Assembly: GCA_012295275.1 (NCBI GenBank)
Contig: CM022666.1
Coordinates: forward strand, 13,826,001 to 13,890,000
Direction: 5' to 3'
DNA: 64,000 nt
Origin: Chrysomallon squamiferum
Taxonomy: Eukaryota; Animalia; Mollusca
This document shows, one piece after another, positions 61,205-64,000 of this stretch. Position numbers and translations under genes: made by a program. How positions within the stretch are numbered: position 1 is the first letter of the stretch; each line of letters opens with the position of its first letter. The notes under the pieces are model-generated. The model worked only from the letters and a program-made list of their open reading frames with translations, searched no databases and was not told the origin of the DNA.

Positions 61205-62449
61205 AAGCAGTAGTAGTGCAGTAGTTGTAGTAACTAGTTTTAGCAATAGTAATAGCAGTGACAACGGTTGCATTATCGTTAATAGTTGATATTATGATTC
61301 TGTTGCTTCGATTTTCTTTCAAAAAGTAACAAAAATTCTTTATGACTCATTTACAAAACTTATAGCCGAACACATCATTCCAAGGCCGAATGTTCTGTTA
61401 AACTGCAGTGAGGTTTTATTTCGATGAATGCAGCTAAGAAAAACAAAATAAACGAAACATTCAACTCTGTATCGAATCGTGTTTACACTTCTCGACTGAT
61501 CCTGTAATGGGGTGCGCTGTACATGTGAACTGGGATTTGTTTTTATATCCTGAAAACAGTTAACCGCGAACAACCGTGAACAACCGCGAATAACCGCCAA
61601 TAAAAGAGATATTTTTGCTATAAAGTCCAGTTTCGTACAAAAGAAAAAATCTCCACCACTGCTGCGATGTATCCGAGTTTTTAGAAACGTCATCAAAGCG
61701 GGCAGGTGTTTTTGTGAGTTCAGACGTCGTTAGTCAGGTGTGCTACAATGTCAGTTTCTTCTTTTATTTTATTCTTTTTTTATTTTATTATTATTATTAT
61801 TATTATATATATATTTTTTTTTTGGGGGTCTTTTATTTTGTATCTTTTCATATTTATTTATTTATTTTTTATTTATTTATTTATTTATTTATTGTTATTG
61901 TTGTTGTTGTTGTTTTTTTGTTGTCGTTGTTGTTGATGCTGTTATTACAATTACTATTATTTATTTATTGACTTTCTTATTTATTTATTTATTTATTTAT
62001 TTGTGTTAGTTTTTTCTTCATTTGTTTTTTCATCAACTTTTATTTTATTTCCCCCCCCCCATTAAAAATATTTTTATTTTATTTACTGGTATAATCACTG
62101 TATCCACTTCTATTGAGACGACAACTACTATTATTACCACTACTACGTCTTTTACTACAACAAAAACAATAACTACTACTATTACTACTCTTACTTCTGT
62201 TACTAAAACAAAAAAACTACTACTACTACTATTACTACTACTCGTTATAATGACTAATAGGGGAAGATTTTGTTTTATGTTTGACTGAGGAGGATATGGT
62301 TGTAATAGTAATATCAGTATTATTATTATTACTAGAAATACCTATAAGTAATAATTTTTTAATAGTAATAATTTATATTTATAGTAATAACACTGTGCCC
62401 AGTAAAAAAATCTGTTTCTCTTATGACTGTAAGTCTTTGAATGGCAAAA

Positions 62450-62535
<86 letters not shown>

Positions 62536-63164
62536 CGACAGTATATTAACGAACAGGCAAGCATACAGATATGGACAGTCAATAAATTAAGACGATGTTT
62601 TAACAGTGACTCCGTTAAACTTCAATAGTTGTTAATATCAAGTTACATTTAAAACTTACGTATTGCTGTTAGCAAGTTGTTTGATATGTATTTTATGTGT
62701 GACCTGAAAAGTTATGTGCTTGAATGCGTTCATTGTAGCCTAGAGCCATTTTTTTTTTTTTAAATTTTTTTAGATTTTTATTATTATAATTATTATTTGC
62801 TTGGGATTTTTTATATTATATTATATTAAATTATATTATAGTATATTATTTATTTTAATAGGCATTCTCAGTTGATTGTCGTTTATTTTTGTTACGTTCT
62901 AACACACGTTAATATGCAGTGTACTGAGTGACATTTTGTGTGGGTTAAAGTTATAAATATACACGTTAGATATCTGCACTGTAAATGTGATATACACTTT
63001 CAGGTGTATTGTATGTCTCACGGGAAAGTGAGAGGCAAAAGTCACATTGTTCAAAATAACCCAAAGAAGAGTTACACAGTTCAAATTAGTTTTATTTAAT
63101 TAAATGTTTAAAAACAGACAATGTTGTCAGTCTTAGAGAATTAGAAAAGTGCGATGGTTTCACA

Positions 63165-63231
63165 GACACTGGGACGCGATCCGAGTACCTCCTAGTGGTA
63201 GAGTACACAGATTAACACAATGACCAGTGTC
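63165..63231 (-). mobile_element. Degenerate tRNA-like sequence (possible SINE head / tRNA pseudogene)
   Basis: 8-bp closing stem GACACTGG/CCAGTGTC, A-box-like TGGTCATTGTGTTAA and B-box-like GGATCGCGTCCC on the - strand; only 67 nt, with a non-canonical T-loop. Confidence 0.3.
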
Positions 63232-63436
63232 ACTGACCGCATCTACACTAGCCAAAGTGTTCGGACAACTGAACAATCGATAACTGCGTTCTTCCCCTGG
63301 AGGGCAAAGTTATTTGAAGAGAGAGGCTCATAAAATCTCAAACAATCCGAGTTTGTTTTCTTTTCGTTCACTTGATTTCTTTTGTTTTATTTCTGTTTCT
63401 TTGTCCATTTTTTTCTTCTAATTTTTGTTCCGGTTA

Positions 63437-63486
<50 letters not shown>

Positions 63487-63489
63487 TGC

Positions 63490-63525
<36 letters not shown>

Positions 63526-63643
63526 TACTACTACTACTACTACTATTGTTGATGTTGTTGTTGTTGTTGTTGACGCGGTTGTTGCTGTTGTTGTTATTAC
63601 TATTATTTCAGCTGGTTTCTTCCTTCATTCTTTTTTCTTTCTT

Positions 63644-63679
<36 letters not shown>

Positions 63680-64000
63680 TACAATTATACTGCTCTTGTT
63701 TGTGATAAAAATTAATATAAAATTATCAAAACTAAAACATTTCTTTGTGGATTGCAGTGCTGAAAGCGGTTTGCATATATAACCTCTGACCTCGCTAGAC
63801 AGGTCAGGACAAGAGAGGTCAGGAATCCCGTCAAGCTTGAGTCTTAAAATGTGACATTTCTTACTTTGTTTAATAAGAGTTCTTAACGTCACGTGAACAC
63901 CGCTGTCATTTACGACTGTTACTTAATCACTACAGTAATCCATCAAATTAGCAGCCACCTATTAATGGCTATCATTGACTCTCTGTGTTAATTAGCTCCC

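Overview
AT-rich, microsatellite-dense animal genomic DNA. It is intron-rich and lophotrochozoan-like, probably molluscan; this is inferred from gene architecture only. Almost all ORFs in the supplied track are translations of simple repeats. Manual splicing yields three genes. (1) + strand 627-19067: a type-I membrane receptor with signal peptide, EGF, a divergent F-type (fucolectin) lectin domain, 8 one-exon MEGF10/scavenger-receptor-F-like EGF modules, a TM helix and two alternative cytoplasmic-tail exons. (2) - strand 24953-26107: an intronless PKDCC/VLK-like secretory-pathway kinase. (3) + strand 40340-58941: a 23-exon CCDC39 (~940 aa). Notable oddities are two exons lacking a GT donor at the expected position (one GA-type donor in the receptor, one broken donor in CCDC39), a possible soluble/short-tail/long-tail isoform set for the lectin receptor, RFX X-boxes in exons and on a splice donor, tandem duplications that copy splice junctions, a nested fold-back in a CCDC39 intron, a MITE and a 45-bp minisatellite. 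No prokaryotic features or CRISPR arrays were seen.
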